Source of the DNA: Carcharhinus amblyrhynchos
Lineage: Eukaryota
Assembly (NCBI GenBank): GCA_965287045.1
Contig: OZ336879.1
Span: 40,362,001 to 40,426,000 of the forward strand
DNA length: 64,000 nt
Reading direction: 5' to 3'
Part shown: piece by piece, positions 50,526-64,000 of the stretch
Layout of the letters: the number at the start of each line of letters is the position of its first letter
Numbering within the stretch: position 1 is the first letter of the stretch
Translations under genes and position numbers: made by a program
Notes under the pieces: generated by a model
Databases searched by the model: none
What the model saw: only the letters and a program-made list of their open reading frames with translations
Told to the model about the DNA's origin: nothing

Positions 50526-50564
50526 TCTGCCTCGTTTCCCATCCCATCACAGGCCTTCCTTTCC

Positions 50565-50695
50565 TTGTTCAAAATCTACTTCATGTCTAACTTTTCACAG
50601 TTCTGATGACAGGTCAGAGACCTGAAACATTAAGGCTGTTTCTGTCCCCATAGATGATGCCAAACCAGCTGAGGATTTCCAGAATTTTCTGTTTT
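50565..50695 (+). mobile_element. Penelope-like element tail containing a hammerhead ribozyme core
   Basis: CTGATGA(50603-50609)-c-AGGTC-aga-GACCT-GAAAC, followed by tgtttctgtcccc..agatg.tgcc..acc.gctgag.atttccag.attttctgtttt. Confidence 0.7.
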
Positions 50696-52327
50696 CTCAA
50701 CAAAAAGTGGTAGGATCTTTCATGTAACTCAGCTTGTCCAATTTTAACAGCCCCCTGAAACAACTGGACACAGCGGTAACTTATCCCCAACCAAGTTATT
50801 TCCAAATAAGTACCATCAATAGGCAAATTAGGAACAACAGTAACAATTACAGGACTACTAACCAAGGCACATTTTAAATTAACTCTTTTCAAAGGCATGG
50901 GTAAATTGCTTCTGTTGATTCATGACCTAATGTCTTGTCATCCATCAAAGTATCCAAGGGGAACTCAGGTCTTTGGCCAATATCAGTGGCCGTAGGCTGA
51001 ATAAAACGGCCCTGGAAGCAAAGTCGATGTGGAGCTGATTGGCTCCACGCCAACCCATTGCTCAGCCATAAAGCATTGCAGGCAGGCTGAAAATGGACCA
51101 ACTGGGACTTCCAGCAGTTCCATCAGTCCCTGCAGTGTCAACGGCGTTTTAGTGGTTGCTGCCAGGCTACAGTGAAGAGGAAGGAGGCCCAATGGATCTA
51201 CAGAATTGGTAAGTACCGGGGTTTGGGCAGAGAGGGTTTAGGTAGGTTGAGGGTGGAAACAGGGGTTTGGGGGTTGTTGAATTTAAGACTGTGAGAGGTT
51301 AGGAAGAAAAAGGGGAGGGGGGGGTTGATCCTGGGGGATTCTGATCCTATTTGATTGTCCGCATCAAACCTTTTATGGTTGGGCAGCCTATAATCAATGT
51401 TTGGCAATAAGTCTAATTGATTCTTGAATGTCTATTTGAATAAGGCAGATGGAATGCCAGTTTTGATTCCCACCCACCCCAGGGCTGCGTTGGCATTATT
51501 ATGGGTGTGAGCTCAGATGCGGGTGGGCAGGTGATGGGCCTGGCAACTACCCTATCTTCCCTGTCCCACCACCAACTAGAAATGCACCCAGCTGAGGCAC
51601 ATAAAATGCAGTCTTTTGGCACTAAGTCATAAGCATTGAGTACTGTAGTCTTTACTTTCTCATGACCATGAGTGCTCTGTGAAAGAGATTAGTACACCTC
51701 CAAATTCCTCCTTATCAAATAATTTTGGAGGAGAGTAATCCACTATTCTTTCAGCCAATTATATTAGATACTTGGTAAAAATTATTGGTGAATCGAACTT
51801 AAAACAATTTGAGTCTGCCTGACTTCCCTTCATAAACTCAATTTTGCATAATCAAAACTCATGATCCTGTTCAAATATTTTCCTCTTTTTCACTCTTTAT
51901 TTATTCCCTCTTTTTCTCTATGTCTTTCCTCTCTAATTTTTCTCATTCTAAGTCAATAGTTCTTTGTTCTGTTTCTTTCTCAATTCCGACCAGTGGTACT
52001 TGATCACTAAAAGAACTAATCCTTTTCTCTCTAGCCCCAAGTACCTAGCTAATGCTTCAAGGATCCATCCCTCTTAGCTTCTATCTTATAGTAATCCCCA
52101 CATGGTCTGCTATAACTGGTAAATCATCTTTTTATAGCTTTTATGAGTCTCTGAGTGTCACATCCTCTCATTCAGCAAGGTTTGAGCCTCAGAGGTAATC
52201 ATATTGGTTTTCCAATACAATGTAGGAAAAGCAAATGTGAAATCTTGTTTGCTTAACTTGTGGAAGGTTCCAGTGAACCTATTTTATTCCTTTGAGTTCT
52301 AACACCCCAGATCGAAGCCCCCAGTTT

Positions 52328-53420
52328 TGTTATGATTTCCATGGGGGAACCGTAAACAAAATAACCAAATTTACCAAATGATTCCCAAATGAAAAAATTG
52401 CCAATAATATTTCACTGTTTGTGATTTCCATTTTAACACAAATCAGAACAAACATAAATTAATAAACAAATCATATTGACATCCATACAATTAGAACCAG
52501 GAGTAGGCCATTTGCCCCGCAACTTCACATTCCTGCCGACAACTGATAGCCTTTTATACCCTTGCTTATCAGGAAGCTATCTACTTCTGCGTTGAAGATA
52601 TTCACAACCATCTTTTGAGGAAGAGAATTCCTTTGAGTGAACATTTTTTCCCCTCATCTCTATCTTAACTGGGTGCCCTCTTTTTTCAACATGTCCACTA
52701 GTTCTAGATACTTTAAATAAAAATATAAATGTCTCTTTAACTAGTTGACAAACAAAGATATATTTATTTACAAGACTACAAGCATCCTCCTTGAGCATGT
52801 GTAGCATTACGTTGCTACACAGTTCTATAACATGCTGCTCTTTGTTAGTGCAAGATAGGCCAGGTATTCTATCCGACAACTGCTTTCACCTCCAAGTTTC
52901 ACAGGTATATTTATCATCAGCAAGGTACACTTAGATGAACTCTCTCTCTCTCTCTCTTTTAGGTCATGACAGTCTAGAATGCCTTTTAAACCAACTATTT
53001 AATAACAACCCAGTTCATGGTTTGGCCACTTCTGATAAAACACCCAGCTCACTAGCATTTTTAACGCATCCACAGAGTTTTCCTGGTTTCAAATAATTTA
53101 AGCCTGTTTGCACAATGCCTCCAAGAACCATTGCATCTGTATGCTGATTACCTTCTGCCCCAAGCCCTCCTTTGTGTCTACTAGCCACATTGTTTACATA
53201 TGTTAATGTTCTTCCTGCAGGTACAACTTCCAGGTCAAAAGGTGCCAGGCCATATGGGCTAGTAATTGTCATCGTCTAAGAAAATAAAAAATGATCAGTT
53301 TACAATTGATGTAAACTCTTATCTGTACTTTTCGAACATTCTTAAAAACAATTACGTATTTCCCTATAAGGAAATTACACATTTCCTCACAGTACTGCCT
53401 CTGGATCAAATCTTGTCACA
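52328..53420. mobile_element. Probable solo LTR with a nested CR1 3' tail (about 52485-52712, minus) and (CT)n at 52940-52957
   Basis: TGTTAT...TCACA termini. Nested caggagtaggccatt.gccc CR1 tail. Confidence 0.45.
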
Positions 53421-54164
53421 ATATCTTTAGTCCTTTGTTGTATTACTCCATGTTCTGTCACTGACACCACACTGTTTAGTATCCCCAAGTTCTCTCCTGC
53501 CCTGTTCTGGACTCTGTTGTTACTGCTGCCAGGCTCTTTCTAGTCAATTATAATCCAAGTTGTGGATAGTGGAGACTCAGTAATAGGAATACCATTGAAT
53601 ATTGAGGGAAAATGGTTAGACTCTCTCTTGTTGCTCATTGCTATTGCAAGATTCCTGCTTATCAGAGTGAGTGATTACTGTTTTGATGTGTTTCTCTATA
53701 TAAATGATACAACAGTACATTGTTGTGAGTTTAGAAAATTCAGCTCTTGCCATGAAACAATTGCGAAAATCCACCCAACCTTATGCACCCAACCTCACCA
53801 ATGGTGGTTTAAATATGCATTCGATTATGTTGGGTCAAAATGTTTGGGCATTTTGAACTGTGTCACTTGTGTTACCATTTAATTTTTTTTGGAAACTCAA
53901 TATCAATTGCTGTGAATATTTCACCCTGTGTCAGTATACAATTATGTCGCAAATAATTGCAGCTAAGGTACCAACATACCTATTATATGTTGAAGTATAA
54001 ATAATCTAATAGCATTCTTTCTGGAAGTTTCTCTGGGGATGGTTATTTCCTGTACTGCCAACTTATCAGCTTTGATAAAAGTTTTCAAAATGATGTGGAG
54101 TTTTGATCATACAAATTGGAGAAATTGGACTGATAATCGAAAGGCAGAAAATTAAGATAATTGA

Positions 54165-54415
54165 TGGAGGGATAAGAAGGGAGATAAGGAGACATTTTAT
54201 TTTACACTGCTGATACAATCTGGAAAGCACCTCCTAAAAGGTTGGTGGAAACAGATTTAAGAGTAACTTTCAAAAGGGAACTGGATGTAGACTTGAAAAG
54301 GGAAAATTTGCAGAGCTGAAGGGAAAGGAGAGTGGGAGTAATTGCATAATTCTTTCAAACATCCAGCATAGATACTCTGGGCTGAATGGCCTTTTGTGCT
54401 GTATGATTATGTGAT
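54165..54415 (+). mobile_element. CR1 LINE 3' end (old)
   Basis: tttcaaaagggaactggat...gggctgaatggcctt.tgtgctgtatgatt tail. Confidence 0.75.
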
Positions 54416-55954
54416 TTCTGCTAATATGCTGTGTGCTCATATAGACTGATAACCGCCATTCCAGGCACCTTGCAATTTGGTGAAATGTGCCTTTCAAATA
54501 GTGGCTTTATTTTTTTTAAACAGATGCTTTTTCAATCATGTATTTAAGAAATATACGAGGGTCTTCCATTTATTGATTAAGGTGATGGTAATTTACATAA
54601 CTGGTGTCATACCAGACATTGGAGTAAATATGGAAAAGCCGCTCAGTGAAACTGTTAATTAAAACACGCGTTGGAAGAGACTTACTTCAGAATAAAGGAG
54701 CTGATATAATATGGTGTACAGCAAGGAGCTGATTTTTAATTCCATGAACGAAGCTGATCCAATAACAAAACTGCAACAAATAAATTCTTCATGTCATCCT
54801 TATGAATAGAATGAAAAGCCTAATCAATACAATATTCCCTGTCTACTAGTTAATGTGGCACATTTGGCCAATTCAATACTAAAAATTCAAGCAATAATTC
54901 ACACATTCTGAATCTTTTATCTTTTGTCATTTTTTCTTTGGATCCAAAATGAAGATCTCATTTTTGTGTTAAACGCACAAAGCAGATATCAATGAGGTAA
55001 GATTCCAAATCTGGAGCACTGCTGGAATAATTTGATGCGATGGTAATTTTTTGGAAAGTACGGTTAGCATGACCTCAAAATATGTTACAAACTATATATC
55101 CCACAGAATGATTGGTCATTTAAAACATTAATATATTGGAATGATGCTTATCTGCCAACAGACTTGATGTTTTTGCATATAGTCAACATGACAAACAGTA
55201 GCAATTAATTAATGGCATGTTGTAACTATTTTTAGCAAGTTTACAAAGAGTCACTTCATTTTCTCCAAAGCCACCTTGTCCTTGTGGACTGAATCATACA
55301 GTGGTGCTGTCCATTTCTGGAAGTCCTGCATGTCATTACATGTCGCTCAGAGCTGCTTATGGCTGTTTTGAGCAGTTCAAAGACATGACGTGAACTTGCA
55401 ATTTTCAACCTATATTGCATTTTTCAGTTAGACTAAATTATACCTGTCACAATTCTTCCATCAGAAACTTAACATTATCATTTGTTCCGCATTTTCAAAC
55501 TTGTACAAGGATAAAAATTAGTTTTGTCAGGCAGACCATCCAAGTTAATATTTAAAGCTCATAGGTAGACATTTTAAAGCAATTATTAATGCATGGAAAG
55601 TCCTAATACTTTGATAATAAAGCTTAATCATCATAATATGCAATTTCTTTCCATTCAAAATGATGAATTGTAATGATATCAAATTCATGAGGAGATTTGC
55701 CTTATGGTTCACTGTGAATTCCCAAAAAAACAGCAAATATCAGAAATATTGTACCAATGAGTATTCCTCTCCCTTTACCCACCTTGAGTTTTTGCATATC
55801 TCAAATAATCTTTGCCAAATAAATCTTCAAAAGCTCCTACTTTTTGCATTCCTCTGAAGACGTCCCATGAATACCATCTGCATTATACTTATAATTTTCT
55901 CCTTTTCACAGCTTTCCATCACATCCATAATTACTTAAAAATAATAAGTCTCAA

Positions 55955-56335
55955 GATATGAGCATCACTGGCAGGGATGGCATTTATTACCACCCCTAGT
56001 TGCCATTGTGAAGGTGAATTGATTCTTCTTGAATGCTGCCATCCCAGTGGTGAAGGAGGTTCCACAGTATCCTAAGGTAGGGAGTTTTGGAATGCTGCTG
56101 CAGTCGCAATGAGGGAACTGCAATCTATTGCCAAGCCGGGACAGTCTGTGCATTGCAGGGTAATTTGGGAGGGCATGGTTTGCCTTTGCACTTCTTGACC
56201 TTAACCTTCCAAGTAATGGAGGTTCCAAGTTTGGAAGGTGCTGCCGAAAGAGTGTTAATGAGTTGCTGCATTGCATCCTGTGGATTATACACACTGCAAT
56301 CATTGTATGTTGACAGTGCAGGGTGTGGATGTCTA
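55955..56335 (-). mobile_element. CR1/L2-group LINE 3' fragment
   Basis: ggcatttattaccacccctagttgcc tail. Minus-strand peptide IHRMQCSNSLTLFRQHLPN. Confidence 0.75.
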
Positions 56336-57314
56336 TTAAAAATTATTTGTAGATGTTGTAGATGTTCGATGAAGTCAGATACTCACCTGCATGCATTCAG
56401 TACCTCTGACTACAGCCCAATTCCCAGGGTAAAGGAAATTTGCATATTTTAGGTGAGTACTTGCGCCATTTACTGTGTAACTAGTGTGCCTGACTGAGAC
56501 ATGTAGTGGGATAAATAGGAGGCATCATCTTGCCCCACAATAAGAGGGTTGATTGTACCATCTGGAGATTTTTTTTAGTGTTACAACTAGCCCCTTTTTG
56601 CATTTCATGGTTCTCTGTATGTAAATCTGACTTTTAAAATGCTTTTGCCTAAACATACTCTCTGCCTCTCTCAATCCAGGTGATGGGGCTGAGATTTGCA
56701 TTTAACTCTTACACAGCATCAATGATGCACAATCTTTGCGCATTTCATTCAGCCTCCATCTCAAGCCCAACCTTTTGTTTTCTGACTCAGCCAAACATCT
56801 CTCTCTCCTGCCTGCCCTGTTTGGTCCAACATTTCAGCCAAACAATTTCATTGCTGTGTTAAGCCTTCTTGTGACACTAGTAAGTAAACTTTAACTTTAA
56901 AAGTTTAAAAAAATGTTAAATTCCCAACTACCCAACTTCAATGCATCCAGACTGTCTGAGTTAGTCTCCTTACAATTGACCCCAGTGACAGCCTTTGGCC
57001 ATGGTTTCTTTCTTGTGTCCATTCCAATTCTTCATTGTGATTTCTGGATGCAAGTGTAGCATGTAGTAAAGCAACAGTACTACACCATTCATGTTAAAAG
57101 AGATTTTTCTCAAACACACACTGTTTTTTAATGATGGACTGTGGACACAATGGGTGCAGTTCTCCCAAAACATTTCCAAGTGTGGTCTCCACAGGGAACA
57201 CGGTGCAAATCCTGTTGACTGGTTCGGTGCAATCCAGATCACAATCCACTCACACTTTGACATTTTTTAGGAGCTTGCAGTGAGTTGCTCCATTAAGAAT
57301 ATCAGCGGCACCTA

Positions 57315-58991
57315 AGGACAGTGATAAAACCGGCTCCTGAAAATGTACTTAAAGATCCCCTTCACACTCCTCGCCCTTGCTACTACAAACATGACGACTT
57401 CTGTAGACAAGGGGAACACCGCAAACCATGGCCACAACCTCCTCCCCCACCACAAAATGTTCAGGTTCCCCCCTCCTGCCCACATCACACAAGCATCAGG
57501 TTGACCAGACTCCCTCCCACCTCCCATCCTTGCCAGCATTAGGTCTTTGGAGCATCGTGGCCCCTCCCCACTCACCAGCATCAGGTACGCCTCCCCTCTA
57601 TCCTGACTGGCATCAGTCCTCCACCAAATGGGCGACATCCTTCTATGGGGACTCTAAAGCACCCCTCCTTTCCGGTTCCCTCATTAAAGTCCTGTCCTTT
57701 GACAGTGCCAACCTGGCAGTGTACCCGGCACCCTGATAGTTCCAGCCTGGGAGTGCCAACTTGGTAGATTTACACTGCTAGTGTGCCAAGGGACAGAGCC
57801 ACAACACTGTCCAGCCATGTCCCTGACTACCCAAAAGCTACAAAGTCCTTCAAGTCCTCCAACATGGTCATCACATCTATCCAGAGAACTCCAAAGTGGG
57901 TTGTGAAAAGGTACGCATTGAGGAACCTTTGGACTTTAATTTCTGAGTTGTGCTGTTGCTTGTGTTGGTTAAAAGCAGATTGCAGTAAAGGTATGCTGTT
58001 CAGGTATAAGAGTTAGAAAAAATCCCTTTAAAAGTATGCACTCAGACTGCACACTTGGCCTTTCTAGGAAGCCTTCAGACTTGAAAAAATTCACCTTAGA
58101 AATGCTTTCTTAGAAGCAATTTAGAGCAGAACAAAAAACAATATTTAACAACTGCTGTCAGACAAAGCTTCTGTTCAAAAGAGGAAGCACTTCTGAGTCA
58201 ATGGACTCAGTGCAGTGAAAACAAACAAAGCTAATCCCTTTTTTGAAAAAGCATTCAGCTACCAATCAAGTGGCTTATAAAATCAATAAACTGTGAAAGT
58301 GAATGTAAACAAAGCTTTTAGGCATCCCAGCAAGCCCAGAGGCTTATAAAAGTTAATGATATAAAATAGAATGTGAACATACCACTCCAAAGCTTTTCAA
58401 GGCTACAGAAAGAAGACTTTCAACTTCAAAATTACAGTGATTGAAATTAACATGCTGGGAGAGAGATCAAAACTGTTCAAACCAAGAGAGAAGACTAGTC
58501 ATGTGGCCCCATCCCAGAGGAGACCCCACCCAGCTGAACCACTCCTGTGCAGCCGGAGCCCACCCAACTCTCACACCCCTTGGAGGATCCCCCTCTGCAC
58601 CCTAGCAGTAGCTGATTTGCCCATGGACATGGTAGAGCTAAGTATCCAGATTGTACTCAGCTCCTTGCTCCCCAAGAGCCCACCATACCTGGCCCCTGCC
58701 CTGTGGTGATTTGTATCCACATGACTTGTTGCTTGGAGAGGATGGTGTTGGGAGAATACCGGGAGGCCGCTGCATTCAACTTTAATCTCACTAACTAGAT
58801 TGAAATGAATGCAAGTTTATTCCAATCTGGTTCTCGATCATTCTGGGTGAGATCCTCATCATGTCATCTGGAACAGGTCAGAAGTATCACAATCTGATTG
58901 ATGCCTGGTGCAAATCCCATTTGAGGCCTCCCTCTGAATTCACTGGCCCAGTGAATTTGAGCCTAGGGCTAATGGGACCAATGAATCGTCC
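57315..58991. mobile_element. Probable large non-autonomous DNA transposon (one end missing)
   Basis: C-rich block, gtgccaacctggca motifs and an end resembling GAATCGTCC. Boundaries uncertain. Confidence 0.4.
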
Positions 58992-59069
58992 TCACTATGT
59001 TACTTCCAAGCTTAATCTTCGGCTGCCTGTTCTAGCAACTTGAGATGAGATTCACTTCCTTTGACGAGA

Positions 59070-59580
59070 AACATGGAAAGACGTAGAGCACTGAGGAGGC
59101 GATTTTGTCTTACTAAGTCTGGACAAGCTAAACCAGGGATTTCCAGTTTTATCTCATGTTCCAGCTCTTGTTACATTGTCCTGTGGATTACGACATTTCA
59201 TGTGAATATCCAATAGTTTTTCTTCCTTATCACCTTTTCAGGATGTGAGTCTTTAGACTCCCAATACACATTACATGAAAACAATTCATTCCTCAACTCA
59301 CTGCTAATCCTTCTTCCAATGACTTCACATCCATGCCTGCTGGTTATTCATCCCTCTGCTCATGGAAATATGTCTTTCCCTTCCACTTTCAGTCTCACAG
59401 AATTTTATGTGCATCAGTTACATCTTTCTTCAGCCTTTCTTGGCCTGAAGAAAACACTCCAGTCTTTCTGATCTTTCCCCAGAATCAAAATTCTCCATTC
59501 ATGTCTACATCCACTGTACCATCTCGAGCACAGAGACGTCCTTCCTGTAATGTGGTGACCAGAATGACATTACAAATATT
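59070..59580 (-). mobile_element. CR1 LINE 3' fragment (old)
   Basis: cttcctgtaatgtggtgaccagaat (QFWSP motif) and a decayed tail. Confidence 0.65.
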
Positions 59581-59594
59581 TTGCACTTAATTTC

Positions 59595-60112
59595 ACAGTA
59601 GAATTACATGTATCCGAAGAAAAGTAGAAAATCAAAGGGCTAAAGGAAGGGAGAAACTCAAAAAGATAACTGAAGAAAATGTACTAAGAAATCAAATGGA
59701 ATGAAAGGCAGATAAGTTCCCTGGACCCAATGACTTGCATTCTGGGATCATAAAGGTAGTGGCAGGGTTGGTGAATCCATTGGTTGCAATCTTCCAAAAT
59801 TCCCTAAACTCTAGAAAGATTCCAGCAGATTGGAAAACCACAAATGTAATAGCTATCGTCAAGAAAGGACAGTCACAAAGCAGGAAAGAGTAGGCCAGAT
59901 AGTTTAGCATCTGTCATTGAGAAAGTGTTGGGTTGCATTATTAAGGAAATAGCAACAAAATGTTTAGAAAATCATAAATCAAGTAGGGTGACCATGGTTT
60001 TATGAAAGGAAAATAATGTTTGATAAATTTATTAAAGCATTTTGATGATTTAACAAGTAGGGTGGATAAAAGGGAATAAGTAGATGTAGGTTATTTTTAT
60101 TATCAAAAGGGT
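59595..60112 (+). mobile_element. CR1 LINE RT-region fragment
   Basis: Plus-strand peptide KADKFPGPNDLHSGIIK..LVAIFQNSLNSRKIPADWKTTNVIAIVKKG. Confidence 0.85.
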
Positions 60113-60329
60113 AGCAGATAAAATTCCCACTCCAGAATGTGAGCATGCAACCTATGCAGATCATCATCCTTTGGTTGAAAAGTTAAATGATATCCTGTGT
60201 GACTATAACCAAGTCTTTCTGTTTCTCCTCAATCTTTTTGGCCTCTTTATTATCAGATTCTTTTTCCTTCCAAAATCCCTTCTCTGCAGCCCATTTCTGT
60301 TGCAATGTTCTCTCTTAGCCCAGATTGTA

Positions 60330-61100
60330 CCTGTCACAATGCCAGAACAAGATTATTTCTACAGCTTCTTTTCCTGTGCCAGACAGGCATCTCCAGTGTA
60401 CACTAGCGGTCCATTCTTAACTTTCTATTCTTAGACATCTATATGCTATCTCTTGGCAACTTAATTAGTAAGCATAGCATCAGCTTCCATATGTGTGATG
60501 CTAAATAGATCCACCTCCCACTTTCTCATACCTTGTTATATACTTTGCAACTGCAGCCAATATTTTCCAGCCCTTCCTGCTGGTGGGATCTGTCAATCCT
60601 GCTGAGGTACTCCTTCAAAGGGCATTCCCTTTGGGCAGAGAGTAGGGGGGAGAGTCGGTAGGTGAGCATACAAAACCTCAGAGACATCGATAGGACTAGG
60701 TTATCATACGTCCAGGGAAGAGATATTCCACAGGGGAGTTGAGTAGAGTGGGGGTGCAGAAAATCCCACTCTACTTGTTTAACATCAATATATAGAGGAG
60801 ACAACATTTCCTTAATGTGAACGTATTTTGTTCCAGGCAGCATCTATATGTTGACACCACTAACTTTTCCAGCTTCTACCTCCGATTGCATCAGGAATCT
60901 AAGAATGCTTAGCAACCACAAGTTAAACTTGCTTATCCACACCTACTCTGTAGTCACAATTCCTTTCACTTCCAACGCAATCAGTGCCTCTGATCTACTT
61001 CCCCAACACATTGTGTCATACCCGAGCATTGATCATTCCTTAATTCCATTCCTCTAATTCTCTCCTGCCTTAACACTCAAAACTATCTTGTTCAATTAGT
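60330..61100 (+). mobile_element. L2-like LINE RT remnant split by an unclassified insert of about 320 bp (about 60525-60845)
   Basis: ggtccattctt..ttctatt...cttggcaacttaattagtaagcatagcatcagcttccatatg (GPL.F / LG.LI.KH.ISFHM region preceding YADD). Confidence 0.45.
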
Positions 61101-61306
61101 GCACTGTCAACTCCTCCCCTGAAACTCATAGACTAATTGGAAAAGAAAATTTACATGCAACTCAGAAGCAGGCCATTCAGCCCAACATGTCTTGCTCAAC
61201 TAGGAAAGAGCTTTCCAGCCCAATCCCACTTTCCCTGGCAAGTAATCCATTGCTTTGTAGGTTGGAGCACTTGAAGTACATATCCAAGGTTTTTTTTAGA
61301 GTCACA

Positions 61307-62273
61307 AGGCAGAATTCTGCCCGTTCGTCTCACCCATCGTGGTACAGCGTGAACCAACAAAATCGCGCAAGAGCAGAGAAATCAGGATCATGCCTGATTC
61401 TCTTTCTTGCGATCTTACAAGAGCCAGATTTCCAGCCAGGTCAGCCTTGTGCCAGATATGGGCCAGAGGCTGAATAAATTACTTCAATATATTATAATGT
61501 TCATTAGCATGTCCTTAGCGAGCCTGGCGCTCAAATGTCCAGGCTCCCTTGCCTTAATGGCCTCACCAGGATTGGTTCTCTCTAGCGAGGGAGCGTTCCC
61601 CATGAACGGGAAACAGTCGTGTTGCCCTCACCAATAAAACTGGAGGCCATTCAGGCCGGTAGAACCAGAGGCTGAGGGCAAGGGGGTGTCCCTTGGGCAA
61701 TACCAGCCTGGAAGTGCTGGCCTGGTACTTCGACAATGTCTTCTGGGCATCTTGGCACTGCCACCAGGGGACCCTGAAGGTGATGGCGGGGAGTGGGGTG
61801 CCGTTGCACACTCCACCTGGAATCAGACTGAGGGCAGGTGATCAGATCGGGGGCAGGGGAGGACAGAGGGCCTGCTGCCACTCTACAGGTGATCACACTG
61901 GGGTGAGGGTGCCCGTTCTACGTCATAATCTTTGGGGGTTATGATTGGTTTGGGTATTGGGAAGGTGGCGGGGGCTGCATTTTGTGTGGTGTGGGGCTCA
62001 TAATCGGCCGCGTGCCCCCACGATTGCGGGGGAAAGTTTGTTGCTCTTTCTCTGTCAGACCTCTGCTCTGCAAATCAGAGATTTGTGTATGAGCAATAGT
62101 TCCCTCTGCAGTTGCTATTATGAATGTGCAGACACAGTGGACTGCGCAGATGCAGTAACTCTCTCTGCAGGCTGGCTTGGAAAATTACGCCCAACTCACT
62201 GCCTAAGGCAGCTAGAAATGGTCTAGACCATTTTCCGTGGACTCTGCACAAGATTCAACATGAAAATCTGCCC
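61307..62273. mobile_element. About 965-bp GC-rich MITE
   Basis: AGGCAGAATTCT ... GAAAATCTGCCC termini. Inserted next to a CR1 tail (61140-61300). Confidence 0.75.
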
Positions 62274-62489
62274 AAAAAATGGATCTGCAATTCTCCCACT
62301 TTCACGCCAGCTGGACACATAAACTCCACCCATAGAGTCATTGGGTGGAATTTTCCATGCAACCTGCCACATGTTTTGCGATGGCTGAGGCAGTTTGTCA
62401 TTGGCTTATGGTCATGAAACCTGCGCCAGATGTGTACCATTGGCAGGACAGGATGATCTCACTGGTGTAAACAGCCAGAAATGTCTGGC

Positions 62490-62900
62490 CATAGAGTTTT
62501 ACAGCACAGAGAAAGACCCTTTGGCCCACCATGCCATCAAACACCTATCTATTCTAATCCCATTTTCCAGCACTTGGTCTGTAGCTTTGTATGTTGTGGC
62601 GTCTCAAGAGCTCATCTAAGTGCAATAAAACTTTCTTCCTCTGCCGTTTTTTCAGGAAATGATTTCTGGCCCTTTCCCCAACCTTTTGAGGTTTTCCCTC
62701 ACCTCCCCATCTAAGCCTTCTACCCATTATTGTCAATCTATGCCCTCTAGTTCTTGACTTCTCTGCTGAGGAGAAAAGCTCCTTCCTCAGATTCCTAATT
62801 TTAAACACCTCAAACAGATCTCCTCTCATCCTCCTCTGTTACAAAGTAAGCACCCTCAACATTTCCAATTTTTCCATAGATAAAATGATCTATTCCTGAA
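62490..62900 (-). mobile_element. CR1 LINE 3' fragment
   Basis: Peptide MRGDLFEVFKI...SRTRGHRLTI and catagagttttacagcacaga tail. Confidence 0.85.
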
Positions 62901-62902
62901 AT

Positions 62903-63087
62903 ATAGAATCATAGAATGCTTACAGTGCAGAAGGAGGCCATTTAGCCCATCGAGCCTGCACCGACAACAATCCCACCCTATCTCTGTAATCCTACATATC
63001 CCCTTAACCCCACATATTTACCCCATTAATCCCCCTGAAATTAAGGGGCAATTTAGCATGGCCACTCAACCTAACCTGCACATCTGT
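62903..63087 (-). mobile_element. HE1-type V-SINE, 3' half
   Basis: atagaatcatagaat...cagtgcagaaggaggccatt...ggggcaatttagcatggcc..tcaacctaacctgcacatct. Confidence 0.9.
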
Positions 63088-63794
63088 GAGAGCCTTATGC
63101 ATTTTCTCTGAACCCTCTCTGGCACCATCTCAATCCTCTCCAAGTCCCTCTCTGTTTCCATATTTAAAACAAAGCCTACTAAATTGCACTCTTTTCTACC
63201 CTCCTGCTCATTGTATATTCCCCACGTAACCATACTAACGCTGCCATTAATCCTTGTTTCCTTCCCCACCTGCTTGCTTGATTCCCCACCTATGATCAAA
63301 TTACTGTGAGCAACATCACAAGAGATCCACTTCTGTGCTGGATATTTTGGAGCTGAGTTTCTATTCTTAGCACCCCTTTCGTTCTCTGAGTCTCATTGGC
63401 AAGGTTTCTATTTTGATCTCGGTGACACTTCAGTGTTTTACTTTTCACACAGCTTTGTTGTACGTTATTAACTGTCACGTTAGATTTTTTAAAAAACCAT
63501 CAGTATTACTTACAAGGACTTCTTAACTGCTCAATTCCAGTACTGTAGTTAAAAAGTTATGTTCTATATTGCATGTGAAAATACCAGAAATAAACTATTT
63601 TAATGAAAAAGAAAGTTGACATCAACCTGTCAACATTGCCTTCCATTACCACTTTGAGAAGCCCAATTACTTCTGCCAACAAATGCATAACATGTATTTT
63701 GTGACAGCAGGTATTTAGAATAAGTACTTCTAAGTGTATTAAAGTGGTTTTTGCTTTCTTCTTGACACTGTGGCTTCAACCAGCTTAACATGAA

Positions 63795-63852
63795 TTATGA
63801 TAATTATGATAATACTGGAATAGTAATAATAACAATAATTATACTAATACAA
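63795..63852. repeat. Degenerate (AAT)n low-complexity tract
   Basis: attatgataattatgataatactggaatagtaataataacaataattatactaatac. Confidence 0.6.
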
Positions 63853-64000
63853 CTGATGACTTTCATTGTGAACACATTATGGTAACACAAAGATTCTTCT
63901 GTAAAGTTTTGCCTTCAAGTCGCTGTTTTCAATCCAGTAAAAGTCACGATTTTTTTAAGTGATACAGCTATTCTCTTTCCATTTCTCCCTCTCTCCCTCC

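Overview
This is eukaryotic genomic DNA, almost certainly from a cartilaginous fish (shark). The assignment rests on its repeats: HE1-type V-SINEs, a SacSINE1/DeuSINE-like element, HER1/CR1 LINE tails, Rex1/Babar, Penelope tails and many GC-rich PIF/Harbinger-type MITEs. I could not identify any host protein-coding exon, tRNA or rRNA gene. Every recognisable ORF is a decayed transposon fragment: Gypsy gag/protease/integrase, LINE endonuclease/RT, or Harbinger transposase and Myb/SANT protein. The window looks like a large intron or gene desert, with heavily nested TEs separated by AT-rich unique blocks that may be conserved non-coding elements. The best-supported observations are: (1) an internally deleted Gypsy element with both LTRs and a tRNA-Ser PBS, whose reading frame is restored at three places by removing three nested MITEs plus a 3-bp TSD; (2) a decayed two-gene Harbinger element alongside many MITEs; (3) hammerhead-ribozyme cores in Penelope tails; (4) a SINE that appears to be a 5'+3' deletion derivative of a co-resident LINE; (5) a local 178-bp inverted duplication. 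I found no convincing evidence for a new biological system. Family names come from recall, not database searches, and many boundaries are approximate.
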